Source: Leptonemataceae bacterium
GTDB taxonomy: Bacteria; Spirochaetota; Leptospiria; Leptospirales; Leptonemataceae
DNA length: 64,000 bases
NCBI GenBank assembly: GCA_965227295.1
Contig: OZ245742.1
Span: forward strand, 224,001-288,000
Direction: 5' to 3'
Shown: positions 51,062 through 60,556 of the stretch, one piece after another
How the letters are laid out: each line of letters opens with the position of its first letter
Numbering within the stretch: the stretch's first letter is position 1
Made by a program: the position numbers and the translations under genes
The notes under the pieces: generated by a model
Seen by the model: the letters and a program-made list of their open reading frames with translations, nothing else
Told to the model about the DNA's origin: nothing
The model's database searches: none

Positions 51062-52225
51062 ATGAACGCAAACACCCTCACCGCTCCCGCCCCGTCGCAA
51101 TACCGCCCGGGCCTCGAAGGCGTCGTCGCCGCCCGCACGCGACTGTCCCGGGTCGACGGCGTGGCCGGTCGTCTAACCATCGCCGGCTACGAGTTAGAAG
51201 ACTTCGCCCATCGAGCAACCTTCGAAGAGACCCTGCATCTTCTCTGGCACGATCGTCGCCCGGCTCCGGATAACCGGCAGCATTTCAGCGAACAATTGCG
51301 CGCGGCGCGACACTACACGCCCCGCCTGCGCAGGATTTTAGACGAAGCCGTGGACGGCGGCGCTCCGCTCATCGACGTCCTGCGCGTGGGTTGCGCGGCG
51401 TTGTCCGTCGACGCCGGGACCCCGGAACCCGCCGGCGATGCGGAGCGGATTGTAGCGACGTTGCCGTTGATCATCGCTCATGCCGAGCGGCGCAAGCGCG
51501 GCCTCCGCGTTCCGGCACCGCGCGACGACCTCGACCAGGCCGAGAACTTTCTCTACATGTTGGATGGTCACTACAGCGAGAATCTTCCGCGCCGCGCCCG
51601 GGCGTTACACACCTACTGGAACGCCGTCGTGGATCACGGGCTGAACGCCTCGACGTTTACGGCGCGGCTTATCATCAGCACGCGCTCGGACGTGGTCTCC
51701 GCGGTGACGGGGGCGATCGGCGCGTTGAAAGGTCCACTGCACGGCGGAGCGCCGGGGCCGGCGCTGGACATGGTCTTCGAGATCGGCACGGCTGAACGCG
51801 CCGAAGCTTACATTCAACAGAAGTTAGACCGGGGTGAACGTTTGATGGGCTTCGGCCATCGCATCTATCGCGTGCGCGACCCGCGGGCGGACGTGCTGGC
51901 CCGGGCCGCGGCGGAGTTGTATCGCGGGCATCCGGAGCTGGAGTCGTTGTACACTCTCGCGCTGCATGTAGAGCAAACTGCGTTGCGCATCTTACACAAA
52001 CGCAAACCGGAGCGCGTGTTGCAGACGAACGTGGAGTACTACACGGCGCTGTTGCTGCACGGTATCGGCCTCGCGCCGGAGTTGTTCACGCCGGTATTCG
52101 CAGCGGGGCGGGCGGGCGGATGGACGGCCCACTGCCTGGAGTACCTCGCCTCCGGGGAACGCATCCTGCGGCCGGCGTCGGAGTACGCGGGCGCCGAAGG
52201 CCGGCGCTGGGATGCCGGGGTCTGA
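51062..52225 (+). CDS. Citrate/methylcitrate synthase family protein
   Basis: PGLEGV, DHGLNASTF, GPLHGGA, MGFGHRIY...DPR, NVEYY; AGGAG SD. Confidence 0.92.
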   Translation: MNANTLTAPAPSQYRPGLEGVVAARTRLSRVDGVAGRLTIAGYELEDFAHRATFEETLHLLWHDRRPAPDNRQHFSEQLRAARHYTPRLRRILDEAVDGGAPLIDVLRVGCAALSVDAGTPEPAGDAERIVATLPLIIAHAERRKRGLRVPAPRDDLDQAENFLYMLDGHYSENLPRRARALHTYWNAVVDHGLNASTFTARLIISTRSDVVSAVTGAIGALKGPLHGGAPGPALDMVFEIGTAERAEAYIQQKLDRGERLMGFGHRIYRVRDPRADVLARAAAELYRGHPELESLYTLALHVEQTALRILHKRKPERVLQTNVEYYTALLLHGIGLAPELFTPVFAAGRAGGWTAHCLEYLASGERILRPASEYAGAEGRRWDAGV

Positions 52226-52345
52226 ACTTGCGAACGAGAGGTTTCTTCCGGGCACGGCGACAGTCGCTCTAAAATCCGAATAAAAAACATGGGAACGAAT
52301 TCGGAATCCTTGACAGACGCTGCCCGGCATTGAGCCTCAGACATT

Positions 52346-53851
52346 ATGTCTCGCCTGGCCGAGATTTTTTCCCCCGCGAATACGGCCGGACTACTGCCGA
52401 ATAATCCCTGGCTCGCTCTCTTCCAGAAGAACGACTGGCCGGAGTATCTCCAGCTCATCGCCCTGCTCTACGACGCCGTCGAAACGGACGGCCCGCGCGT
52501 GGAGTACGACCTCGCCCGGATCATCATCGAACACTTCTACGAAGATCGCGATCCTGACAGCCGGGTACAAAAAGCGAGTCAGTTCTATCGCATGGCCGTC
52601 GACGAGTTGGAGATCTTACGCGAGATCTACAGCAACACCGGCGAGCGATTGGTAATCGCCACGCGCAACGGAAAAAATCTTTTGCGCATCTGCGAAGAAC
52701 TCATCCGTAGCCGCCGCCGTTTTTCCGGCACGGGAGCGGACGTCATGCTCGGCGCACTCAACGAACTTCTGTTGTATCGTCATCCGATTCCGTTACAGGA
52801 TGCGATTGCGCATCACCAACAGCGCATCGCGGAGTACGAACAAGACATGGACCGCATGCGCCGGGGCGGCGTACAGGCCAGTGAGTTTCTCGGCGACGGT
52901 TCTTCGCCGGAAGAACTCTTCGTGCAGGCCGAAGAAGCGGCCCGGCAGATTCTCCTCGCCGGTGAAGACATCAAAGACGCCATCGAAACGGCGCGCCGGG
53001 ATCTGGCGCAGAGCTACCGCAATCCGGAGTTCTCGGCGGGCCAGGCCATCCAGCACGTAGCTGACTTTCATGTTAAGTTACGGAGTAGCCCCGAGTATGC
53101 GAGCTTTCGGCGCGCAAGCGATCTGCTGTCGTTCATCGACGGATTGGGCGGACGCTTTCGCGAAAAGGACGTCTCGCATATCTTTTTTCTACTGGGATCG
53201 CGCGGCACCGTGCCGAAAGATCTTCTGCACAGTAGCGATCTTCGCCGTTTCTCGGATCGCTTCGCCGGTCTGGAACGAGAAATCGCCGCGAAGATCAGCG
53301 AACAGTTGAACATCCTGCGTGTTCAGGTGCATTACGTTCTGGAAAACACGGGCGGTCGCGCGCAGGCGGACCTGAGCGAATGGATGGCGCTGATGAGCAA
53401 CGCCGGCACCGCGGCCCTCGACTTTCTCGGCCGGGAAAGACTGGAGTACAATGTCGGCCTCGACGTCGACATTGGGCCGGTGCAACCGAATCCGCTGGAA
53501 GTCGAGTTCGACGTGACAGCGTATCGCCCGGAGCGCAACGAACTGAACGAGGACGAATGGCGACGGATGCACGAGCTCCTGCTCTCCACGGAAGAAGCGA
53601 CCATCGGTCGGGTCGTCGAGCGCATGCGGGACTATCTTTCGCGCAACGGATCGGTTCGGCTTTCGGAATATCCGATCGAGTCGGGCATACCGGAAATTTA
53701 CATTCTGTCGAACATTGAATCCTACGCGGACGATATCCGTTCCGAGTTTCTAAACTACGCGGACATCGCCTTTCATTCGAAGGCCGGCGCCGAATTCATT
53801 GTTCAGGACCTCGCCGACCGCCGGTTTTCGTTCATGGAGCAGGCATCGTGA
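52346..53851 (+). CDS. jetA: Wadjet JetA (DUF3375-like kleisin)
   Basis: 501-aa helical protein, first of a 4-gene overlapping operon containing an SMC ATPase and a TOPRIM nuclease. Confidence 0.75.
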   Translation: MSRLAEIFSPANTAGLLPNNPWLALFQKNDWPEYLQLIALLYDAVETDGPRVEYDLARIIIEHFYEDRDPDSRVQKASQFYRMAVDELEILREIYSNTGERLVIATRNGKNLLRICEELIRSRRRFSGTGADVMLGALNELLLYRHPIPLQDAIAHHQQRIAEYEQDMDRMRRGGVQASEFLGDGSSPEELFVQAEEAARQILLAGEDIKDAIETARRDLAQSYRNPEFSAGQAIQHVADFHVKLRSSPEYASFRRASDLLSFIDGLGGRFREKDVSHIFFLLGSRGTVPKDLLHSSDLRRFSDRFAGLEREIAAKISEQLNILRVQVHYVLENTGGRAQADLSEWMALMSNAGTAALDFLGRERLEYNVGLDVDIGPVQPNPLEVEFDVTAYRPERNELNEDEWRRMHELLLSTEEATIGRVVERMRDYLSRNGSVRLSEYPIESGIPEIYILSNIESYADDIRSEFLNYADIAFHSKAGAEFIVQDLADRRFSFMEQAS

Positions 53852-54534
53852 CGACGAACGCATCTGAGTTTGAAAAACCTGGCTCCGCCGTCGAGCCCGA
53901 CCTGGCGTTGGCAGGCATCATTCGCGGCTGTCTCTCGCGACGCTTCATCCTGCGATCCGAGCGCCAGAAACTCTTTCTCTCCATTGTCGAACAACGGGGC
54001 GACCTCAGCGATTACTTCAGCCGGATGGGTGCCCGGCTCGTCGTCGACGAAGGCCTGGGCATCGCCTATCTCCAGTCCCTGCCGGAACACGACGAGGACA
54101 TCGACTACCGTCTGGGCCGAACGAAACGCCTGAGCGCGCTCGAAACTCTGTTGCTCTTCGTGCTGCGCTGGTATCGTAACAACTACTTCTTCGGCGACGG
54201 CGAGGCGGACATGGAGATGCCCGTCATCGACGTCGAACGCATCCGCGAAATGCTCGAAGAGTACAAGCCGGCGAAAGCCGAGCGCGCCTTCGAACAAAAA
54301 CTGAAACGTGCCATCGATAATTTCAGCGATCTAAAAATCTTACTGAAGACCGATCATCCCGAACGCTTCGCCGTCTCCCCCGTCACCGACGTCCTGCTGC
54401 CCGCCGACGGCATTGAACGCTCGCTGAACCGGGCCCGTGATTACTTCGCGTCCACGACGCAAGACGAAGCAGATGCACCGTCTTCGGACGAAGACAATGC
54501 GAATCCCGACGCGAACGCGGATTTGGACTCTTAA
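53848..54534 (+). CDS. jetB: Wadjet JetB (DUF4194-like KITE subunit)
   Basis: DYFSRMGARLVVDE..GIAYL and RLSALETLLLFVLR motifs; GTGA overlap with jetA. Confidence 0.82.
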   Translation: MTTNASEFEKPGSAVEPDLALAGIIRGCLSRRFILRSERQKLFLSIVEQRGDLSDYFSRMGARLVVDEGLGIAYLQSLPEHDEDIDYRLGRTKRLSALETLLLFVLRWYRNNYFFGDGEADMEMPVIDVERIREMLEEYKPAKAERAFEQKLKRAIDNFSDLKILLKTDHPERFAVSPVTDVLLPADGIERSLNRARDYFASTTQDEADAPSSDEDNANPDANADLDS

Positions 54535-54547
54535 CAGGAACCCCGGT

Positions 54548-57500
54548 TTGAACGCGAACAACAACGGAAAGACCGAGAAGAACGGGCATCACGGAAATCG
54601 CCCGGTCAACATAAGCCTCGGTTACACGTTGCAGCGCGTCGAAACTCTCGACTGGGGCAACTTACGCGGCTGGCAGCCCATTGAACTGAGTCTCGCCGAC
54701 GGCGGCTCGCGCCTGTCGTTGATCGCGGGCATCAACGGCTCCGGTAAGTCCACCATCATCGACGGCATCATGACGGTGCTGCTCCCGTTCAAGCAGCTCC
54801 TGCAACTCGGCGTGACCCACGACTTCGAAGAAGGCCGGTCCGGTTCTCGGAACGTCGATGACTACCTGCTCGGCAAACACGCGGCGACGGGCGGTGATGC
54901 CGTCGAAGACGATCAGGTCTACAGCCGCGACACCGGCGTTTCGTGCATTCTCCTGGTCTTTCGGCACAACGAAAATCCCGAACGCTGGCTGAGCCTGGCG
55001 CGCGTGTGGTGGTACGCCGGTCGCAAGATCCGCGAAGATTCAGCGAATATCATCGCCCGGGAAAATCTGACGATCGGTGCGAGCGACGCGCGCACGCCGG
55101 AAGACGAGGGCGGCGGCCTCTTTCAAACGCCGCGACTCAGTCTGTGCGACGATGCCGGTCACATGTTCGCGAGTCTCGCCGCCATGAAGCGCGGCCTGCC
55201 GCAAAAGAGCGACCGCATTCAGGTCTTCGACCGCGTGAACCAGTACTTCGAAACGCTGCGCAAGTATCTCGGCGGCGTCAGCAAAGAAGATCTGCGCATG
55301 CTCAATCGCGCCTTCTACATGAAGTCCATCGGCCACATCGACCGCTTCATTCGCGAGCACATGCTCACCGAGATGGAGCACGAATCGATTCACTCTTTGA
55401 TTCAACATGTCAAGCAGGCCGCGGAGATTTCCCGGGACATCGCCAGAAGCGAAGAGCGCGTCGTAGCACTCAAGGTGATCACCGGCAACCTGCGCACGTT
55501 TCGCGAACACCAGATTCGCATCGAAGCATGCCGGCTGGAAATTCGACTCCTGCGAATCTACGAAAAATGGGCGGAACGCCGGGACATCGAACTCGAACTG
55601 ACGAAACTGGGGCACGGCATCGAGACGGCGGAGGCGCAGCTCCCCGGACTTCGGCAACGCGTGGATGATGCCGAACGGGAGTCCAACAAACTCCAGCAGG
55701 AGCTGAACGCCAGCGAAGGCATCCTGCGCCTGGAACGCCTCAAGGACGATCGCAAGAATCTCGAGAAAGACATGAATCTCATGCGCCGGGAGCGCGAGAC
55801 CGTGGAAGAACGCTGCGTTCGTCTCGGACTGGAGCGGCCGAAATCCTTCGAGGGGCTGCCCGCGTTCCGGGAGGCCGTGAAAGAAGTTCGTAGCGGCCTG
55901 GTAAACGAGGCCGCGGAATTTGCGGCACATCAAAAACAGGTGCACATCCGCGAAGGCGAGCTACGCACGGAGACGGAACGCGTACGCGGTGAGATCGAGT
56001 TTCTCTCGAAGAACCGCACCGTCATCGATGAGCAGACCTACCGGATAAAAACGCGCTGCTTCGAGGAACTCGGCTTAAGTAATACGGATTTGATGTTTGT
56101 GGGCGAGCTCATTCGCGTGAAAGCGGACGCCCATCAGTACCGCCGCGCGGTGGAATCGGTGCTCGCCCCCATCTCTCGCAACCTGCTCTGCGCTCCGCAT
56201 TGCCTGGACGATGTCACCGAATGGTTGAATCGCACGCAGCTCCGCCGCACCGTCGTAATGAAGCGCATCCGATCGGAAGAACTCGAGGCCCGGCCGGCGG
56301 AGAAGGCCGCAAAGGATTCCATCCTGAATCGCATCGAGCTGCGACCGCGCGAAGACCATCCGTTCTACGACTATCTCTGGAACTGGTTGCGCGCGGAGTT
56401 TTATCATCGCGTCGTCGGCGTCGAAGAACTCCGCAGCAGCGTCGACCGCGCGGTTACCGTCGAAGGCCTGGTAAAATCGGACCGCCGGACGCAACGAAAG
56501 TACAAAGAAAAGCTGGAGTACAGTTTAGGCTGGGACAGCCGGGAACGCCAGGCAGAACTCGTCCGGAATTTGAACGCGCTCCAACGAGAAGACGAGCAGA
56601 TTCGCGCGGAAAACGCCGCCCTTGAAGAACGTCGGCGGGACCTGTCCGCCCGGGAACGCGATGCGGACGATTTGCTCAAAGAAGCCCACGAATACCTCGG
56701 TCTCCCGGAGCACGAAGAACGCTATGTCCGGCTGGAACAGGAAATCCTCGTTCTGGAACGAGACGACACGGATTTGAACGCCCTGCGGGAACTTGCCGAA
56801 GAAAGCAAACGCCGCTACGGCATGCGACAACGCGAATTGGTCCAGCTCGAACAGAACCTCGAACACGATCAGCGGAACCGGGAGAAGCTGACAAACGAAC
56901 GCGCGGATCTGGAATCGATCATCAATGATCGCCTGGGAGTTCCCCCGGAAGGAGATCGGCGGCCGCTCCGCGAGGCGGTCCCGGACTGGGAGGAGCGTCT
57001 TAAGTCTATTCAGCAAATTCTTAGTGTAAAGAATCTACAGGTTCACGAATACGAACGCGAGATTGAATCGGAGATCAACAGCCGCACGCTGAGTCGCAAC
57101 AATACGCACGTCCGGGATCGCTTGAAAAACTACCAGGAGGATCATCACGATCCGAATTTGCCGGCAGACTTTCATCCCGAAACCGTCACCGTGGACGGCA
57201 TCGATCGTTTCCTGGAAGCGTGGAACGAAGCCCTGGAACGCCTGGAATCGACCGGACTGCCGGCCGCTCGCGAAAAATGGACGCGCTTTTACAATGACAC
57301 GCTCATCGACGCCATTAAGGCCGCCGTCAACGAAATCCGCACGCAGCAACGCGAAGTCGAAACGAACATCGCCAGCATCAACTCGGTGCTGCGCGGGGTG
57401 GACTTCGAACGTCTGCCGGAGGGCAATCGTTATCTTAAGATCGAGGCGCAACGCAGCAACGATACCCGCGTCCGTCGTTTTCTGAAAGACGTCAAAGAAG

Positions 57501-58132
57501 TCGAGGGTGTTCTCGCCGGAGATATTCGCGGTCTCGGAGCGTCCGAAAACGCAAAACAAACGATGGCGGTGCTGGAACCGTTCGTCGAAAGCCTGACGGA
57601 AGATCCGAATTATCAGGCCTACGTCGTCGACGTGCGCAATCATCGCACGTTCCAGGTGCACTCGCTGCGCCGCAATCCCGACGGCGAAGACGTAGTCGTC
57701 GAACGCTTTGCGGGCGCGCGGACGGATTCCAAGTCGTCGGCGCAGACCGCGCAGCTGGCGTACACTCTGCTCGCGTCTTCGCTGGCGTATCGTTTTCATT
57801 TTCATACGCCGGCGCGCGGGCAGGACAGCTTGCGGCTGATCATCCTCGACGAGTTCACGAGCAAGTTCGATAACGAGAAACCCCACGACGTCATTCGCCT
57901 GCTGACCGACATGGGCTTCCAGGCCCTGCTGGTAAGTCCGCTGGACAAGGCCGATCTCCTGGCCGAGCACATCAATCGGCTGGTCTTCGTGTTCAAGGTT
58001 TCGGCCGAGGAATCCAAGGCGTATTCGCATCCGATTCGTTCACGCAAAGACTACGATCGCCTCATGGAAAATGCCAGGCAAATCATGCGTGCCGGGCAAC
58101 CGGCTGGAACCGAGCGAAATGCGGGAGCGTAA
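54548..58132 (+). CDS. jetC: Wadjet JetC SMC-like ATPase
   Basis: Walker A GINGSGKST, long coiled coils, hinge (FVGELI), signature-like KSSAQ, LAYTLLASSLAY, Walker B LIILDE. Start uncertain (TTG 54548 after AGGA; frame open from 54437). Confidence 0.9.
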   Translation: MNANNNGKTEKNGHHGNRPVNISLGYTLQRVETLDWGNLRGWQPIELSLADGGSRLSLIAGINGSGKSTIIDGIMTVLLPFKQLLQLGVTHDFEEGRSGSRNVDDYLLGKHAATGGDAVEDDQVYSRDTGVSCILLVFRHNENPERWLSLARVWWYAGRKIREDSANIIARENLTIGASDARTPEDEGGGLFQTPRLSLCDDAGHMFASLAAMKRGLPQKSDRIQVFDRVNQYFETLRKYLGGVSKEDLRMLNRAFYMKSIGHIDRFIREHMLTEMEHESIHSLIQHVKQAAEISRDIARSEERVVALKVITGNLRTFREHQIRIEACRLEIRLLRIYEKWAERRDIELELTKLGHGIETAEAQLPGLRQRVDDAERESNKLQQELNASEGILRLERLKDDRKNLEKDMNLMRRERETVEERCVRLGLERPKSFEGLPAFREAVKEVRSGLVNEAAEFAAHQKQVHIREGELRTETERVRGEIEFLSKNRTVIDEQTYRIKTRCFEELGLSNTDLMFVGELIRVKADAHQYRRAVESVLAPISRNLLCAPHCLDDVTEWLNRTQLRRTVVMKRIRSEELEARPAEKAAKDSILNRIELRPREDHPFYDYLWNWLRAEFYHRVVGVEELRSSVDRAVTVEGLVKSDRRTQRKYKEKLEYSLGWDSRERQAELVRNLNALQREDEQIRAENAALEERRRDLSARERDADDLLKEAHEYLGLPEHEERYVRLEQEILVLERDDTDLNALRELAEESKRRYGMRQRELVQLEQNLEHDQRNREKLTNERADLESIINDRLGVPPEGDRRPLREAVPDWEERLKSIQQILSVKNLQVHEYEREIESEINSRTLSRNNTHVRDRLKNYQEDHHDPNLPADFHPETVTVDGIDRFLEAWNEALERLESTGLPAAREKWTRFYNDTLIDAIKAAVNEIRTQQREVETNIASINSVLRGVDFERLPEGNRYLKIEAQRSNDTRVRRFLKDVKEVEGVLAGDIRGLGASENAKQTMAVLEPFVESLTEDPNYQAYVVDVRNHRTFQVHSLRRNPDGEDVVVERFAGARTDSKSSAQTAQLAYTLLASSLAYRFHFHTPARGQDSLRLIILDEFTSKFDNEKPHDVIRLLTDMGFQALLVSPLDKADLLAEHINRLVFVFKVSAEESKAYSHPIRSRKDYDRLMENARQIMRAGQPAGTERNAGA

Positions 58133-59293
58133 ATGATAGATGAGATCGAGAAACTTTTCGATCTTGAATCTTATCTCGATCGAGCTGAAAAAGACTTCTT
58201 GTTAAACGGCCGGGAAGAATTTCGGTTCTCCTTGCGTTTTACGCGGCGCGTGAAAGCCGGTCACGATCGCTTCGAAAAAGAAATTCGCGCCTTTGATTTT
58301 CTGCGCTTAGACTACGGTCGCACCGTTCGCAGCGGTCATGTGCGCGTCGGACGTATCAGCGAGATTGCCTTCGACATCGAAGACCTGCTGCGCCTGCGGC
58401 CGGAGTTACGTGTTGTGCGGCGGGCGTTTCTACAGGCATTCGATACGTCGTCGGCTTCCGCGGTGCGCACCTACGTGCAAAACAATTACGCGTTATGCCG
58501 GCGCAAGTTCGAAGTACTGCCGGACTGCGTTGATGTGCTCGAGTACCTGTTCGCGCATCGCGAATCCGTTCGCGGCCGGTACTGCCGGCAAATCCCGCAC
58601 GGAAAATCTACCAAGCTGATTGGACGGGAAGCGCTACTCCTCGGACTCTACGAAGCCGTACGACGCGAGCGCAGCGAAAATTCCGACGGCAATCAGCAGG
58701 CACTGAAAATTCGGTGGAGCGATTTCGTTGCCGACTTTGATCTGAGAACGAAGCCGGCGGCCTTTCTCTTCTGGGCATCCCGGCTTCGCATCGACGGACA
58801 TGCCATCGAAAATTTCGACGCGCTTCTGAGTGACGAAAATATTGATCGATTAACCTTTCCGGAAGTAAAGTTTGCGCTGATCGTAGAAAACGAAGAGACG
58901 TTCTACAGCGTTCGAGACGCCCTGCGAGATTTTTCGGCTCCGGCAGTGTTGATTGCCGGCGGCGGCGCGGCCGTCGGCGGCGCCGGTTTTCTCGCCGGGG
59001 TGCTGCAAGCCCGCCCGCATTATTACTGGGGCGACATGGACGCCTCCGGCTACGAAATCTTTCACGGCGCACGAAGCGTGTTTCCCGCATTGGAACCGCT
59101 GCTGATGAATCATGAAAGCCTGCGTCGCTACGAAAGTGTCACGCAGCAAGTCGCTCCAGTGAACCCCAGAACGGCGCGGGTTCCGCTCCTGGATTCCGAG
59201 TACCGCCGGGTGTGCCGGGACGGGTTGCGCATCGAGCAAGAGCACATTGCCATCGAAGACCTTCTTCAAATCCTCGAAGAATCGCTGCGCTGA
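58133..59293 (+). CDS. jetD: Wadjet JetD TOPRIM-fold nuclease (DUF2220-like)
   Basis: LIVENEETF, YYWGDMD.SG, LLM, RIEQE motifs. Confidence 0.88.
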   Translation: MIDEIEKLFDLESYLDRAEKDFLLNGREEFRFSLRFTRRVKAGHDRFEKEIRAFDFLRLDYGRTVRSGHVRVGRISEIAFDIEDLLRLRPELRVVRRAFLQAFDTSSASAVRTYVQNNYALCRRKFEVLPDCVDVLEYLFAHRESVRGRYCRQIPHGKSTKLIGREALLLGLYEAVRRERSENSDGNQQALKIRWSDFVADFDLRTKPAAFLFWASRLRIDGHAIENFDALLSDENIDRLTFPEVKFALIVENEETFYSVRDALRDFSAPAVLIAGGGAAVGGAGFLAGVLQARPHYYWGDMDASGYEIFHGARSVFPALEPLLMNHESLRRYESVTQQVAPVNPRTARVPLLDSEYRRVCRDGLRIEQEHIAIEDLLQILEESLR

Positions 59294-59322
59294 CGGCGGA
59301 AATCAATCATCGCGTTGGATCT

Positions 59323-59916
59323 TCAATCCACCTCGAACATCTCCGCCCCCTCCGGCCCCACGTTCCACGCCGTCGCACGCTCCTCTTCTAACAGTAATCG
59401 CGCAGAAGTTACGACGCACGCCGCCGTCGTCGTAATGACCGGCAGAAAACCGTCGCCCTCGCACGTCGCCTGGCCGGGCACGTCCTCGGAGTCCACGACG
59501 AACTCACTGTCCGGCCGCACCGCGGCGAAGCTGCCGTCCGCGGCGAGACCGGCGTGAATGCAGGCGATGCCGTGTGCACGCACGAACTCCTGCACGAGCA
59601 ACCGCGATTCCGCGTTATCGAAACATTCGATGACCAGGTCCCGGCCGCCGAGCAACGTCTCCACATTCTCCGGCGCAAGCCGCACGGAATAATCCTGCAA
59701 CTTGCGGCCGAAGAAATTCTGGAACTGCATCTTGAGCGCGACGGCCTTGTTCTTGCCGACCATGGGCTTCACGAACCACTGCGACACCAGGTTCTTCGTC
59801 TCCACACGATCGAAGTCCACGACGGAAAGATCCGCGGCGAGCCCGCGCGCCGCGTAAACGACGTGCGAACCCAGGGCCCCGCCCCCGCAGACAATGATGT
59901 TCTTCGCAGCGCTCAT
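59323..59916 (-). CDS. Minimal ThiF/E1-like adenylyltransferase
   Basis: CGGGALGS, VDFDRVE.KNL, VGKNK, ECFDN..SR; candidate catalytic Cys in ATCEG; no CxxC zinc pairs. Confidence 0.9.
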   Translation of the reverse strand: MSAAKNIIVCGGGALGSHVVYAARGLAADLSVVDFDRVETKNLVSQWFVKPMVGKNKAVALKMQFQNFFGRKLQDYSVRLAPENVETLLGGRDLVIECFDNAESRLLVQEFVRAHGIACIHAGLAADGSFAAVRPDSEFVVDSEDVPGQATCEGDGFLPVITTTAACVVTSARLLLEEERATAWNVGPEGAEMFEVD

Positions 59917-59919
59917 TGC

Positions 59920-60174
59920 TTAACCTGCGCCGAACGGAACTTTAGGCCGAATCACGTAACGCGTTTCCCGACCGCGGCCCGCGCGAAAGCGGTCGATCAC
60001 GAAATGATCGAACGCACCCGACGGCACATTCCCGGCGCGGATGCCCGGAACTTCACCGGCACGCACGGCTTCTTCGGCAATGCGGCGGATCGTTTCATCG
60101 TGCACGTTGTCTTCCAGTTCCACCGGGTAGTTGCCCGACTGGCCGTTGTATGTAATGTTCAGAATCACTTTCAT
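59920..60174 (-). CDS. Small ubiquitin-like (beta-grasp) protein candidate
   Basis: 84 aa; beta-beta-alpha-beta-beta pattern by eye; C-terminus RPKVPFGAG; lies between JAB and E1; GAGG SD before ATG 60174. Confidence 0.7.
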   Translation of the reverse strand: MKVILNITYNGQSGNYPVELEDNVHDETIRRIAEEAVRAGEVPGIRAGNVPSGAFDHFVIDRFRAGRGRETRYVIRPKVPFGAG

Positions 60175-60196
60175 CTTACATGTACCTCGAAAGAGT

Positions 60197-60550
60197 TCAC
60201 GAGCGCCCGAACGAAAGTTCGCGCAGCGTCTCAAGCCACCACGGCGCATCTTTGCGCACACGATTGCGACCCCGGCAACCCCACCGGCTCAAATAGCCGC
60301 TTCGCGTAACCACAGACCAATGAAACTTAAGCCCCGTGGCCGCCTCCACCGCTTCCATCGTCGTGCGGTCCTCCTCCGAAAACCGCAGCATCTCACCGGG
60401 ATGCGTATGCACAATCTCGGCAATGTCCGCGCGGTGTTCCCAGATCGTTTCCCAGCGCTCCCGGGCGTCCGGAATCGCCGCTTCGCTGCCGTAGTAGATC
60501 CTTAAGATCGTACCGGCTTTTGTTAAAATAAAACACACCTCGCGCATCAC
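60197..60550 (-). CDS. JAB/JAMM (MPN+) metallopeptidase
   Basis: Exact H-x-H-x7-S-x2-D motif (HTHPGEMLRFSEED) and an N-terminal Glu (REVC). Confidence 0.85.
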   Translation of the reverse strand: MMREVCFILTKAGTILRIYYGSEAAIPDARERWETIWEHRADIAEIVHTHPGEMLRFSEEDRTTMEAVEAATGLKFHWSVVTRSGYLSRWGCRGRNRVRKDAPWWLETLRELSFGRS

Positions 60551-60556
60551 ACAAAC

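Noticed and set aside
52226-52345. Mobile-element boundary or att site before jetA
   Set aside because: No integrase, tRNA target or direct repeat is visible.
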